From positions 12,855,777 to 12,919,776 of the forward strand of contig CM082582.2 of the NCBI GenBank assembly GCA_040954595.2: a DNA stretch of 64,000 nt, given 5' to 3'. Origin of the DNA: Balanoglossus misakiensis (Eukaryota > Animalia > Hemichordata). Below are positions 13,501 through 27,100 of this stretch, piece after piece. Under the pieces are notes generated by a model. It made no database searches and was not told where the DNA came from. It worked only from the letters and a program-made list of their open reading frames with translations. Each line of letters starts with the position of its first letter. Within the stretch, counting starts at the first letter, position 1. Made by a program: the position numbers and the translations under genes.

Positions 13501-16500
13501 ATGAGTTGGCGTGGGCACGTGTTTGAGTTGCAAACAGAGTTGTTCTGTGAACACTGCTAAAAGCTCAACGTAAATTGGATATTGGAATGAGTCTTAGTGA
13601 AGTCAAAACGCATCAGACTTTATGTATTTCATAAGAGTTCTGCCATTGTGTCACTATTACCAGACAAAGCCTATACACATGCAATCTGTCAGATTGGAAA
13701 TTTCACTACTGAAAATTGCATCTGCAGCCAACTACGTTTCTTGGCTGTTTAAAGTGATTATCGGAAATGTGACATTTTAAAAAGTCACCCATTTGATGAA
13801 ATAACGCCTTTTAGCTTTTTACTTTCAGACGCGAGTCTCTTGCTACACAGTTAGAATTGACAAGTGATGTGACCCTGCCATGCAGTTGCACATCGATTTG
13901 TTTACATACATGTAGCCAGCCTACCCAGATGGATTGACATACAAACTGAGTCTTCAGAATTTCCAATTTCATCTCGACAATATTCAAATAAAAGTTCAAA
14001 TAATGCAAACATAAATATCATAGTCCACTCAGTATACTTGTACTAATTTGAACAAAATCAATTCAAGCATGTCGAAGTCCACTAATCTAAAAACCGATGA
14101 TATATTGGAGCTAATCCCAAAACAAACTGACATGCATATTAATTTGCGTCAATGTACTTAAGGCTTATATCAGTAAGTGTGCAACAGTCCCCCATAACAT
14201 ATAGTAAAATAGTTGTCGAGTCTGCCAGTATATGTGATGTGGGCTCAGTTTATCCCACGCCGTCGATCTCACACTCCCAACCGCCATGTGAGACAGTAAT
14301 GCAGGAGAGAAATGTTAAACAATACTGAATATGAAAACTAGGTCACAAGGATCGGCTCGTTTAACATAGACTAGAGCCCTTTGATCGTCACAATAATTGT
14401 ACACTGGCTTATAGGTTCTTAAGTGTGATCGATGCCTTAGTTGGTGTAAAGTAGACGACATTATCTTATCCGTCACGGTTCTCATTTACTGGTGATATCT
14501 GTCTGCTTTCGTGCAGAAAGGATTGATAAAGTCAACCTTCCGAGACCATTGGGTGAGGCAGGTTTGAAGTAATAGGGTGATCCACGCGTTACTTGAATAT
14601 TTCTAATTTTCGGACTCGACGAGACAATCTTTTGATTTGGTTTGGTTTGGTAGCAGCAGTAATAGTAGTCACAATCTATAGAAGAACATTTTGCTCTAAT
14701 TTCTAAATCCTTGTCGAAGATGTGTTTGAATACAACATATAGGCCGACTGAAGGAGGTTGCTCACTTCTCCATTCTTCGACAGAGGAAGTTAAGTTATAT
14801 TCCACAAGCTTGAAGGAGAGGTTTCCATGGTAATAAAGAGCTCACACAAGCGACAGTAACCGTTGCGTCGATACGATCTTTCAATCACAAATGCAGCAAA
14901 AGACTTTTGTGCATGTATTGTAGAAATTAACTTTACTTCGATCGCCCGTTATTGTAACTCGGTTATGTGACAAAACTGTCTAATGTTTCTTATTTTTAGC
15001 CATTACTAATCAAGTTTTAGTGCATTGTTCAACATGGAAACTATCACTGAATATGTAGCTGCTAGCTGTCAGTGTAGTTATAATTCAAACTGTAAGATCC
15101 ATCTAACCTGTTCAGTATCCGTGGGTGCTTTGTTTCTGCGTCAAGAGAAGTTAATTGATCTGTCACCTGCGACTCCAGAGCTTAAGTAGCATTGAAGTAC
15201 ATTTGCATGGTAAGATCAATGATCCTAGAAAGTCGATATTTTTTACTTGATTATCGATTTTACTTGATTTTCGACGCTGTATTGAATAAAGTTCTCTTTT
15301 AACTTGACTATGTTTTCCTCTCACGTGACTATCTTATTATTAATTTCAAAGAAAATCTATTAAATGTCCATCCCAACATCCTCGATTAGTTGGTGCACCA
15401 AAGTCGGAGATTATTTTCACTGCCTAACAATCCCATGAGCAGCACGGCATAGTTATGGAGGTCTACCAATTTCAGTTCATAGAATCTAAGGGCTAGTTTA
15501 ACCCTTTCCTGTGTTTGTGCAATGTTTACGGATTCGCTGTACTAATACAGACAAGTCTTCATTGATTTTTGGACTCAGCTTTGCTATGAACACGCATCCG
15601 CCCCTTTCACTGGTGGCTATGTTATTGACAAGTTCCACCTGAAGTGATCTATTGCTACTTCGAGACAAATCGATTTATCGGTTTCATATTTCTTCGCCGA
15701 ATCTGGCCAAACATTTCACCGCCTGGCGAGAATAAAGAGATATGGATTGCTTGAGGGTACCCCGAATTCACGCACTATATACATAATTTTGTTGCGTGTA
15801 TTAAAATGCGTTAGTTATATCCCAATCGCCAACTTTCTCCCGGGGCGACGTCGCCGATTTATGAGACACTAAATTATCGGCTGCAATTAGATTGCGCACA
15901 AATGAGACATTAGCGCAAGGCAATTAGACTCGCAGAATGTGACAGTTAGCTTATGAAAGGTCAAACAATAGGTATGGCATGAGAGCAAGCTCGAATAATA
16001 AGAAAATCATCAGCTTCATTCTGTACCAGGATTTTATATTACCAGTTACATAATGTAATGATTACCTGGGCTACTACATAATCTGTATACATGTTCAATG
16101 ATAAGCTAGTTCTTTTTACATATATGATGTAAGAGGAAAATAACAGACGAGTGAATATTGCTGGTCCAACAGAGGGCATGATATGAACTTGAACGTTTCA
16201 TTCTTCGTTCTTAGCTCATCACATTGTGTTTCATACCCTTTCTTTATCTTGCGGGCTCTGTGCGTATCGTTGGGAAGGAACAGCGGATAGAGGCCTACCG
16301 TGTCAGTAAAATATATCCACATAGAAGCCACGCATCTTAATGATTAATTGCATTGTGTTAATGGCTTAGCAAATGAGTTAGAAGCGTAACTGGTTGCGTG
16401 CAATTATCTGTGAATACATTTATACCATGGAATGCGGAATTGCTCATTGAATGAAAATCTGCATAATTTAACAATTAATCATTACAGTCTATGTAGCTTT

Positions 16501-17980
16501 AATTTGTATTTATGACACAAGCGTCATCTCTAGTATTCCAGAAACGCACCAGCAGTTCGCGTTTGTTTCTGTGTAAACCGCAAAAAACTGATATTCTATG
16601 TAACATCGTTGACTCATCAAAACCATCAAATTAGAAGTATCCTACTTCAAAGCATGTAATAAATGCTATAATCCCCTGTAGCCAGCGTAACAAAATCTAA
16701 GTCGGTTTACTCGATAAATATGTTTGATGGTGCGGATGAAATGGGAATTGTCAGGAAGAACTAATGCTAAAACATGGAGTGATCTTGAAGACGGTCAGAA
16801 CGGCGTCGTTCATATGAAAATGACACTAATGAAATGAGGAATTAGACTGCATAAGGAGACTCTTCATGAATTTTACACTGTTGACGACGAGTGACAACAG
16901 AGCCGACAGATATAAAATAATGAAATATTCACTTGTTGAAGGTTTTATGCCAAGAGAGACTTGATAATATAGCACGAACATTCATGTAACTTTGAAGTCC
17001 TAATGGATTGGATGTTGTGAAGCAAATCTGATCCTGGGCAAAAATCCAATATAGAACGTTAACAACAAACACTAGAATACTCACGCAAATTCGAAGAAGA
17101 CTCGCTGCCCCGTGATATTAAACATCTCAGATGGAAATTCCGAGGAATAGTTCGTGGCGTTTGTTGTGGATATAGAAGTGTTGTTATCCGGGAAAACAAG
17201 ACGAAAGAAGGGAACAGAAAACGTGATCATCCAGACATCTCCACCTCCACAGTCAAAATACGGGTATGTCCAATATCCATGTTGAAACACCACCGATCCA
17301 TAGGATAGATTAGTGTCAAAATCGACATCAGATGGATTAGATGAATTTCCTATCTTAAACGTAGGCTTCCTGATGTCCACCGTGGCATTTTTATACCATT
17401 CATAGGGCACGCTGAACCAGTCTGCCGCTGGGTCGTGATAGTCATAACCGATAGATAAATCTTTTGTGTTGACGACTCCGGAATATCTCCAAGCATAGGG
17501 GCAGAAACGTTGATACTCACGGTAGTAGTATTTATCAAATGCGATGGCCGAGCCGACAATTGTGGGAAATTCCTCGACATTTGACCTCACAATCGAGTAG
17601 AGCAGGTAATCATCTGCCGGTTCAGATCCTTTCATGTGTTCTGTTGCAGTGGTCAGTAAATCCGTGAGTAAATTAGCAGCTTTGACTGCTACGAGTGCTT
17701 CTGCTTCCCAACGGGAATCGTCGTACGCTAACGGCAGTGCTTTCCCAAAGGTACAGTTGTCTCTCGTCCGCTCGACTTCGGCGACGTATTCGAGGGCTGC
17801 CTGAACCTCGTTGTGTGAATTCCCACTGTCGCTGTGGTTACCAGGCCGCTCCGTACCGCTGCTTTCCGGCTGCTCGCTTCCCTGGACTTGGGAATCAACT
17901 GCAAATCGACTGGTACAAACGAGAAGGACGAGTAAATGAACAGAGATCGCGTTGTATGTGGCGCGTCCTTCCGATCGCAT
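7543..17980 (-). CDS. GPR158/GPR179-like class C GPCR (signal peptide, Cache domain, Cys-rich/EGF-like region, 7TM, cytoplasmic coiled-coil helix); ~11 coding exons incl. 17085-17980, 12109-12235, 10986-11152, 9591-9762, 7864-8043, 7543-7755
   Basis: Motifs: WTYPYFDCGGGDVWMITFSVPFF, GVTTIDVDLDQVDINQC, GFRTGAYTCACKQGYYFP, CLPCLPGCEECVDGSPC, KTWR..VIFRVRSA, VRKAPSQFNESKYISLAIYNE, DVKDELNRIYAEME. Confidence 0.9.
10770..10875. repeat. Degenerate minisatellite of TGTTGACAG-like units in a GPCR intron
   Basis: tgttgac(a/g)g recurs about 4-5 times with variable spacers. Confidence 0.45.
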
Positions 17981-18250
17981 GTCGCCAAGTTCACTATCTG
18001 AGCCCTGTCACTAGGGAAACATCCGAGGAAGGTGAATTATTCATCCGGCGATGCATACCAAGAGACCTGCAGCCATAATGGGAATTGCTCCCTGAAAAAA
18101 AGAGATGGTAATTTTAGAATGTGATAGGCTTATTCAGAGAATCTGATAATGGTACGATAACACACATGCGGGAGCAAGGATTTCAGAAGACCTAAATGCC
18201 ATCAAAGGTTAACTTTAACACTAAATAAAGGGGGAAAAACATGTCTTTCT

Positions 18251-18666
18251 GTCACTATGGTAACACAAAATGCCAACCATTGGAAATGGATCACACGAAG
18301 TAACTTTTCGCTGCCTGGTCTTCAACTGCGTAATGTTCCAGGTCTCAATCAGTATTGGCTATTATTTAAATACCGAGCATGCGCAAGAGCCATCGGTGAG
18401 CCTTCCATCAGGTGTGAGGTTTCCATACTGCTCATTTGTCTAACTCTGTCAACATTGAATGAAATGTCAGACCTTCTTGCTGACGTCACACGGCTATTAT
18501 ACTACTAGCAGCAGGGTGTTGCATATTGAAATGCTGTAACCATATGCCACTGACAAACAATATGATTGATTTACTTCTGGTTCGCGTGTCCATTAAAGAA
18601 TACGTTAGATGAACCTTAAAGGTATACGATCACCTATGCAAATTTAGCTACAGTTACCATGGCAAA
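18251..18666. promoter_or_regulatory. Candidate regulatory region upstream of the GPR158-like coding exon: RFX X-box-like sites and a full CRE
   Basis: GTCACTATGGTAAC 18251-18264, TGACGTCA 18481-18488, GTTACCATGGCAAA 18653-18666. An acceptor near 18092 implies an upstream non-coding exon. Confidence 0.35.
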
Positions 18667-19394
18667 ATGAGACCTAGCCAATCACAGATTTTCAGTGGGA
18701 GGCACACGCAAAAGAAAAATACTTTTCATCATCGTGAAATTAAAATACATTAAAAAATTTTTGGTAACGAATGCCGAAATTTAATTAATGTCGGCTCCAA
18801 GACAACGCCTTAATGATGCATTCAGCAACATTTCTGAAGGCAAAATGTCCTGTAATGAAATTTCATTCAATCAACGGTAACTAAATTATTTGTGGCAAAT
18901 CGGAAAGCGAAGGTCAACTCTCCAACAAGACGTCGCCTAGCTACCTGTCAATAACAAAACAAACAACACACTTCATTGCCTTCAAGTTGAACTGCATTAT
19001 TTTGATCAGCCACTCTTTGGTCACATGACATGATCATAGAACACCGGTATTATCAATATTTCGTGTTTTTAAAGAAAACAAAATGAAGCATAATGATGTC
19101 TGATTACTCCCCTAAATTGCTGAATGAATTATAACTTTAAAAATACTAACGAGAAATGTAATACAAATCCATGTTTATATTGTATTTTTTTAATGTTATT
19201 CCTGTTGTGTTTGTTCTTCTTCAATAATTAATTAGTAACTCTTGAATAAAATGGTACTGATGATTTTTGTGTAAGAGCAGGTAATTATCCACAGTGAAAT
19301 AATATTAACTCCCGGTCCCAGAAGAATGTACTACACAGCCACTTTATACTAAATTTCAATTTCTGTGTACAGTCTGTCCATCACGGTGTCGATT

Positions 19395-19438
19395 AATTGA
19401 TCATTTGCATATTAAATTGATCATTTGCATATTAAATT
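19395..19438. repeat. 20-bp tandem duplication carrying octamer motifs (ATTTGCAT x2)
   Basis: aattgatcatttgcatatta is repeated exactly twice. Confidence 0.8.
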
Positions 19439-20874
19439 ATGTCCTTCTATTGCGGGTATTTTCAGCATCACTGCTTAACACCCGAGGCAGATATTGATCC
19501 CAGAACGATATTATTCCAATGAGACACGTAGCAATGTTTTTCATTAACTGTTGATTGACGAATTTTGCGCAATGAATTTTTATGAAACTTGCGCAGTTTA
19601 GTGCAATGCTCAGATGTTGACAACAGAAAGCTGTGATTGAAGTGGGAGACATTTGGCAGTGTTTTGTCAGTTGACGCCCATTAGTGAACCTAATGCAATT
19701 TGTGAAATCAGTTTGCAGCTGATACTAGTCTGAGATTATTGTTCAGAATGCGACCCAAAGTGTGGTCCATGTTTCAAATTACAATATGGACAACCAGGTG
19801 GTCATTTTGATTTCCTGTCCATGTCCAGCGCTAAAGCTCCAAGATGCATCGGTAGATTTCATTCAAACAGACCTTCCTCCAATGCTTCTATTATCTGAAA
19901 ATCCAGCAAGGGGGGGGGGGGGACTGAGATCATTCAAAATGACTTGCTAATCATAGAATTTGCGATGAATATCAAAGTAGTAGGCCTAAGCGCCTCGAAA
20001 ATCATTTATAATCTCATATTTTGTCATGCCACTTTAAAGGGCATCAACTCCTGAAGTGACACTCTGAATATAAATATAGAAAATAAGGTAGGGGATTGGT
20101 TGATAAGTCATTGTGTCTCAAAAGGGTAGTTTAAGCTCTTTATTTGCTGGTACTAGTTATATAAGTCACAGAACTAGAATATAATACAATTAAAAGAAAT
20201 GAGATAACATGAACGACTGTGATCAAAACGGTTTACAGTCTCATTATAACCTGCTTTCACTGCACAGCGTATCAGTTGATGTGTTAAAGCATATACCAGA
20301 CTGGTTCGGTATGAAATAGTCGGTCTAGATCCACAGTCATATAGGAAAGCATCCACCTGCTGCGTACTTTGTGAAAACGAATATTGCTGGTATTACGGAT
20401 TGCACCATGACTCGGATAGCACTATTACATCATTCTATAACAACAGTTGTGATATACAAGTACCAGCATATCATACATTTGGAAACTATATATAGTATAT
20501 TAGCGATTAGAAAATTTATTTCATAATGCATCGATACAATGATACCCTCTAAAATGTTAGTAACAATTAGGTTTATGGCGGAAATAATTGCCAGAACGAA
20601 ACCATTCAGTAACATAGCAACACCAGATATCTTAACAAGTAGGAGGACATCTAAAGGAATAAACACGTTTAGTCTGGTCTTTTCAGTTCCTTCAATCACA
20701 AGGCTCGGCACGATGTGTATGGTGAACTCACAAATGTGTATCTTCTTCTTCGGCGTTGAGGTGGCGGAGTGTTTTGAAATGGTCCAGCTGTTGAAAAGGA
20801 AAGTGCATGTTCATCATTATACGTACATTAGGCTCATGTGACCAATATGCGAATGTCCAAATAACTCTGTCCAT

Positions 20875-21984
20875 TTAGTAATTACATTTTTTTTCAAGAG
20901 GCTTGACCTCAAATTTTGCAATCGGTTGTATACTTACCATCGGTTTGAAGTACGCTGGCAGTCGGAAAATTCCACCGTCGACATTATTGCCATCCAGATT
21001 GATGCACGACATGCCCACAATGGCTACCGAATATCCACAAAGCATGCAGTTGAGACATGCAAAAGAAACTATGTGGCCGATCACGGGTCCCATCGGAGGT
21101 ACGTCAGGTAGTATAAAGGAAGCATACAATAACCACAGCCCTCTCCAATATTGAAGCACGGCAACATGTTGAAGCATAAACCAAGCGTCTTCTAAAATCA
21201 CTCGCGGGATGAGTTTGCCTGTACGCTTCGAGAGTAGGTATGCCGGGTAGTGGAGGACGTAGACGATCAGAATGAGGGAGGCGGCTGCTATAAGCGACAT
21301 GTACGCGGACATTACAGGGTCATCTGGGTAAAATAGGCAGTCCGTAACGCCCCATACAGCGAACCAAACGAGGGCAACAACAGCCTGAAGGAGAATCGTT
21401 GCCATAATTTCAAGTGTTCGAACAACAATCCCAGCCTTTTCCTGCAAGTATCTGGTACTTATGTAGTAATACTTGTCCCCTATATCCAGAACCAAAGCCA
21501 AGGGTGCTGTCACCATAGAGTAGCTGATGCGAAAAATCCACAAAATAAGACATGTTACCAGCCAAGTAATAGCGTAGACTTCAATGGTTGCACCTGCGTA
21601 GACCCAGACAAGACCCCAGGAGCCTCTCCACAGTTGGATGACTGCTATAGAATAGACATATGTGTGCAAACGTGTTAGCACATACCAAATCACCGTTCCA
21701 CCATCGACTCTTTTCACCAGCACGTCTTGTAGGAGGATGAAAACGAACGAGAATGCCGCCCCAATGGAAAACGAAGTCCAGCTGCTGAGTGTGGCGTTGT
21801 CTGGAAAGAGAAGGTGGTCCATCAGCGACCAAGTACTCCACCAGCAAACAACCACCAAACCTCCGATCACCACAGTCACGAATAAACAGTCCAGGTATTT
21901 AGCCAGCCGCTGCAGACATTTATTGGTCTTGCAGGAGTGCGTTGAATTGACAGCCTGCTGCTCATCATTGTCTGTTGCCTCCAT
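20875..21984 (-). CDS. Fuseless-family multi-pass membrane protein, intronless CDS, ~369 aa
   Basis: One uninterrupted ORF made of two internally repeated halves (LVVVCWWSTWSLMDHLLFPDN..LSSW / VALVWFAVWGVTDCLFYPDD..MSAY; QLWRGSW / QYWRGLW), as I recall for Fuseless proteins. The first ATG is at 21984 (caagATGG); the ORF track starts at an upstream TTG. Confidence 0.8.
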   Translation of the reverse strand: MEATDNDEQQAVNSTHSCKTNKCLQRLAKYLDCLFVTVVIGGLVVVCWWSTWSLMDHLLFPDNATLSSWTSFSIGAAFSFVFILLQDVLVKRVDGGTVIWYVLTRLHTYVYSIAVIQLWRGSWGLVWVYAGATIEVYAITWLVTCLILWIFRISYSMVTAPLALVLDIGDKYYYISTRYLQEKAGIVVRTLEIMATILLQAVVALVWFAVWGVTDCLFYPDDPVMSAYMSLIAAASLILIVYVLHYPAYLLSKRTGKLIPRVILEDAWFMLQHVAVLQYWRGLWLLYASFILPDVPPMGPVIGHIVSFACLNCMLCGYSVAIVGMSCINLDGNNVDGGIFRLPAYFKPMVSIQPIAKFEVKPLEKKCNY

Positions 21985-24154
21985 CTTGCTTGAGATAGGC
22001 AGCACTGCACATTCAGCCAAAAGCCCGACTGAAGAACTTCTGGCCAGTAGAGCGAGAAAGCTGAACTGTCTACGGCTGAACGAATAACCTCGGTCTTGGG
22101 AGGTGCGATAGTCATTCTCACTGATAGTGTTACGTCACTAAGCCTGACCATAAAGCATAATTCAACGATTTTCAAGCCACTTTATCATTTTCCAATTTTG
22201 GAGATTTTCTGTCAGAACCATAGTCTACTAGAGTAAACAAGACCATCTAAAACTAATCGTATTTTGCAGCATTTCTCCTCTGCGTTTTGGGTTCCCCATG
22301 TATAATCGTTCCTACCCACACCCTTTGGTCATTTGACTTTGTTAAACTCCTTGATTTGTATGTAAAACCAATAAACATTAATCAAAGTCACCAGTGGTGT
22401 TGCCAAGGGGCACCATGAACTTCACGGGAGTTCTGGATTCCCACCAGGATAACATGTATTTGTTAACAATTATGTGCGGAGGGGAATGTGCTGATCTTAG
22501 AATAAAGAGCTAGATATGGATAACAAATCAACGCTGTTAATGTTAAACTGCACAGAGTTGATTAGAGTGGCAAAAGAGGGTTATATAAATCATATCTGTG
22601 GCATATGGCGATAAACTGGATTATATGCTGTTTGCCAAAGTGCATGGGCAGCACGAGCGGCGGAACGCAATTTAATGGACAGATGACCTTCAGATTAATC
22701 TCAGACCAAAGGTCGACATGTACGTGAACCTTCAGTTTAATGAAACTAGCCATTCATCCACGTAAATGTTATATAATGATTCTTTTTAGTACAAGCAATT
22801 GAAAACGGAGACATCGCAGAGTTGATGGTGGTCATGAGTTGAGCAATTTCAGTCACAGTGTTGGCAGTACTCATGGTTTATTAGTACTGTGTGATAAAAA
22901 GAACCCCTTGAAGCCTTTGCAATTGCACCACAGGTCACAGTTCACAAATTAGCTATTTGTATGTAAATGCATGTATATTAATTAGACACCATGTGCCCAG
23001 TAGACTTTCTGATGGAAGGTCGTTGAACTTTTATCCAAATCTGAACTCGTCTACAAGTACCCTGTGTGACTGGTGGAACTGCAACTTGATGACATGGCTG
23101 CAAATTCTCATCTATGGTGAGGCCACAGATGATTGTGCAAACGGATGAATCGGTTGGGAATGTGCGAATTCAACATAGGTTTGGTGCCAACTACAGCCTG
23201 AGGCTGTATGCGTATACAATGTGTTTTTCCCAGATACGATTGTAAGTTAATTTGTGCTGGTATACACAGAGTGACAGTGAAAAACAACTAACCGATGAAT
23301 AACTGCTGAGATGTGACAGTCCTTTTGTCAACCGTCTTCTCAGCACCTTCATGGTAAGTGACCCGGAGAGCAACAAAATGAATCACCTGTCAGGCATAAT
23401 AAATCACTTGCTTTATCACGTGATGCGTTCACTTGAGGTAAAAAGAGTTTTATACTGTCGGATGGATATAAACCGCTAGCTAGCCTTAAATTTAAACTTT
23501 TGTGTTGTATTTTCACAATTGGTGCCACAATTGAGAGATGGGATATCACCCTATATGCAGCATACAGTCGTTCCTGTTGGGCAGCAATCATAAGTAACCA
23601 TGATTGTTAAAATTAGGCATTTCGCTGTTTATCTTCTCCGTGACATTCACATTATAGAACTGCACCGCAGAACAAGTTGGTCGTTACTCCAGACACTCAC
23701 CTTTTGTCTTTTCCTATGACGCACGAGTAGTCTGGATGAGACACGGATGAGCATGTTGAATGTTTCCGAGTTTCAAGATGGCAGCTGATGAGGCGTGGAC
23801 AAAAACACGCGCTGTACCAAGTCTTGCTTCTATCCTTGTGTACCTTGACACGGAACCAATGCCCTATATGGTGATGCAAATTTCCACCCAAGGGTCATTC
23901 TGATTGGTAGCGACAAGCAACACCTGTAAAAGAGGGAGACATGCAAATTAGAGCGGAGTAAAACCGTTCGGAGAGACCAGTAGTGCGCATTGGTTGTCTA
24001 CTGCGCTTGGGCCCAACACTGATCCCCGCGGTGTGCTAGTTGCACACGCTTGCCACACTTCTATCGCAGTCGCCTACAGAAGAAGCTGCAGGTTTTAGTC
24101 CATTTCCAGGAGTTTGAACTCATTTTTGTAGTTTGAACAAGAGGGTGGATAAAA

Positions 24155-27100
24155 ATGGGCTTCCTACGTTGCGTAGTCGTGTGCATGCTAGTTTTACCAA
24201 TGTCAGCGGCGCAAGTTGTTCACTCTGAAATCTTCTATTCAGATACATACGACCCACTACAGACAACAGCGGCACCCGACATGTATCCAGCTACAACTCC
24301 GGCAACAGGTTCTTTGTGGAAACTCAGCGAGGAAGGAGCAGAGCTCGTTTTGAAAGTACACAACGAAGGTCGCAGGAAGGTTTCTCCGTCGGCAGCGAAT
24401 ATGAATATCTTGGTAAGCAAACAACTTCTTGGAGCTTTCAACTTTGGTGGACGAATTTCAATTTTCCTCCTCACGTAGACCCAGGGATTCGTACCACCAC
24501 CATTCTTTTCTTGAAACAGAAACGCGATTCTTGGCAGGCTGAATACATGGGTGAATATCTCCCATACTCCATACTTTTCCTAGGTTTAATTTCGATAGGT
24601 AAAAGATGACATTTTCCATCGTGACTTTTCAAAACCATTTGCACGCTTGTACAGACATTCTAATGAGCCTACTGTTATAAACTCCCACGTGCAAGGCGAT
24701 GGGGGCAGTGAGGGGGGGGGGGGTGTCTAAACCCTAACCAAATTCTCGTGTCGTTCACCGCAATTGCTTCAGTAAATTTAGCTTTAAACTAAAACGATTA
24801 CCAGCAAAACATTTTCCTATATTTTGTTTAAATCAGCGATGGGATGATAATCTAGCAACGGCAGCCCAGGGCGTCGTCGATACTTGCATCTACAAGACCT
24901 CCAGGCCATCTTTGCTGGCAGACAGAACATACCTGGCCGAAGTGACTGGGCAGCAAAAACTGTTCGGATTTCTCCTCGAGGATCATGTCTCTGAATTATT
25001 CAGTTTAGGATCGGAGAATAAATACAATGACAGGCCATGCACAGCTGCGGACGAACACTGCGAAGCTTATAAAATCGTAAGTTTGATTTCAATAGACTAA
25101 TTTGACAACCGCTGATTGTGAGCATTCAGTCGGGACGATATCTATTGTGAACTGAATATAATCTCTGCTTTTTGACGACAACTTTTATCTTGTTCTGTAT
25201 CGTATGGAAATGCAGATTTGGTCTTTAGGAAGCGACAATTCAAAGGGGATTCAGTATTTGATAAATAACCACACGCGGAACGATGAAATGTCGTACAATA
25301 TTTGAGTGAGTTTGGCATCACAGCATTCGTGTGCGTTTAATCTTTCGATCCACAGATCACGTGGGGTGGGGCGTTTCGAATTGGATGTGCACAGGTGCAT
25401 TGCTCAAATTTGGAAGATGATTTGACCGATGGCCCTGGAACGGACAGCATTTACTGGAAATGCTTTTACGAAAGCGAGTAAGTTAAATCTGTTTTATCGT
25501 CGATACTTTCGTTGTACTTCAAATAGTCGTTTTTCTTTGAATGTCTAGTGAAATGCTTTTTTCACGATATTGCAACTGGTTTGATATTTTTGCTTCAAGA
25601 GACGAAATACAAAGCGACATACCTTCCTACATTGTTGGACGTGAATGTTCGGAGTGTTCATCTGGTGCTGGTTGGTGTAGAGAAAATCTCTGCGGTGAGT
25701 TGACCCAGTTGAAGTGAATATCTGTTGGAATCTGTTTCTCCTCATTCTGTTCCTCCTCGTGGTTTTTAGTGAAATTTTCATCTTTTTTACAATGCGTCCC
25801 CTGATCTCCTTTGACAAATGTTTTACAGTTTAACAATCAAATCACTTCAATACTTCTGGAGACGTGTGGGGCTACAGAAACTCTTAAACATCAAAGTTGT
25901 GTTGTTTATCATTACAGATTCTACCTGTGCTTATTACATGAATGACTGTACGTGTACTCAGATATGTGGAGAGGGGCTAGCCATAGACGCCCACGACTGT
26001 ATTTGCCGTGATCCTGCAGCTTACGAGAAGTATTGTCTTGGTGAGTACTCATTGTTTTCTAGTGTTTAATGATATTTTCGACGGAAACGAAATGTGTATT
26101 TTTAAGTTACTATTCTGATTCAGTGTGCCACGTGGTATCTTCAAGACAGGGTGAGACTGGAGATTTGTTATGGTACATGGTAAGTTGTAGTTTAAGTACA
26201 GTTCTGGTAATTTATACATTCTTTTCAGGTCGTGGATTTCCAAGCTGTGGTCAGGATATGATACGTCATCCCTTCACATGTGATTGCTTCTGTGATATCG
26301 GATTCTGCTTTATCGATTTTGAATGTGTTGGTGAGTTTTTACTATTTTGATAGATCGTTAAAACCAGGATTTTACACCCTGCATATTGTCTTAGAGGAGT
26401 GTTAGCATCATGCATTCTCCCATTTACCCACCTATATAATCATGTTATTGCCATTTTCACCATGATTAAATCTTGTTTGTATTACAGACATCGATGAATG
26501 TGAAAGCAACAATGGCGGCTGTGATCATCACTGTGTTAACACGGTCGGCAGTTACAGATGTGACTGTGATTATGGTTTCATTATGAACGAGGCGGGAGAA
26601 TGTCGTGGTAAGAACTCGAATACCCATTTATTCTTGATTTAACTCCAGATTCTGTCATATTTTCCAATCATTTAATGCAATTGCTTTGTTTCCATTAACT
26701 GTCTAACACTGTTACAATGCATATTACAAGTGTTTACGAAATGTGAACATTTCCTTTATCTTGCAGAATATGATGAGTGCACCATTGACAACGGTGGCTG
26801 TGCTCATTTTTGCATTGACATTCCTGGGTCGTACTACTGTGCATGCGAAGCAGGTTACACACTAGCCCTGGACGGTCATTTTTGTGACCCAACTGGACCA
26901 TGGCCATCGGCTACTCCTGGCGAACGTGGTAACTTTTGTTTAATGCCATACGATTTGAGGGCGTGTTTCCTGTACTGTACATGTGAATTTTTGCCTTCAA
27001 AGTGTGGACCTAATACCCTAATCATATTGCTTATTGCTACCCGTACTTAAATTTCCAGATTTTCTTTCATGTGAAGTATTTGCATTTCATTTATAAAATC

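Noticed and set aside
20903-22175. ORFs overlapping the Fuseless-like CDS, and the TTG start at 22020
   Set aside because: These are antisense or alternate-frame shadows. In a eukaryote the ATG at 21984 is the more likely start.
23338-23356. TCAGCACC REST half-site upstream of the neural-type genes
   Set aside because: The right half-site (GGACAG) is missing.
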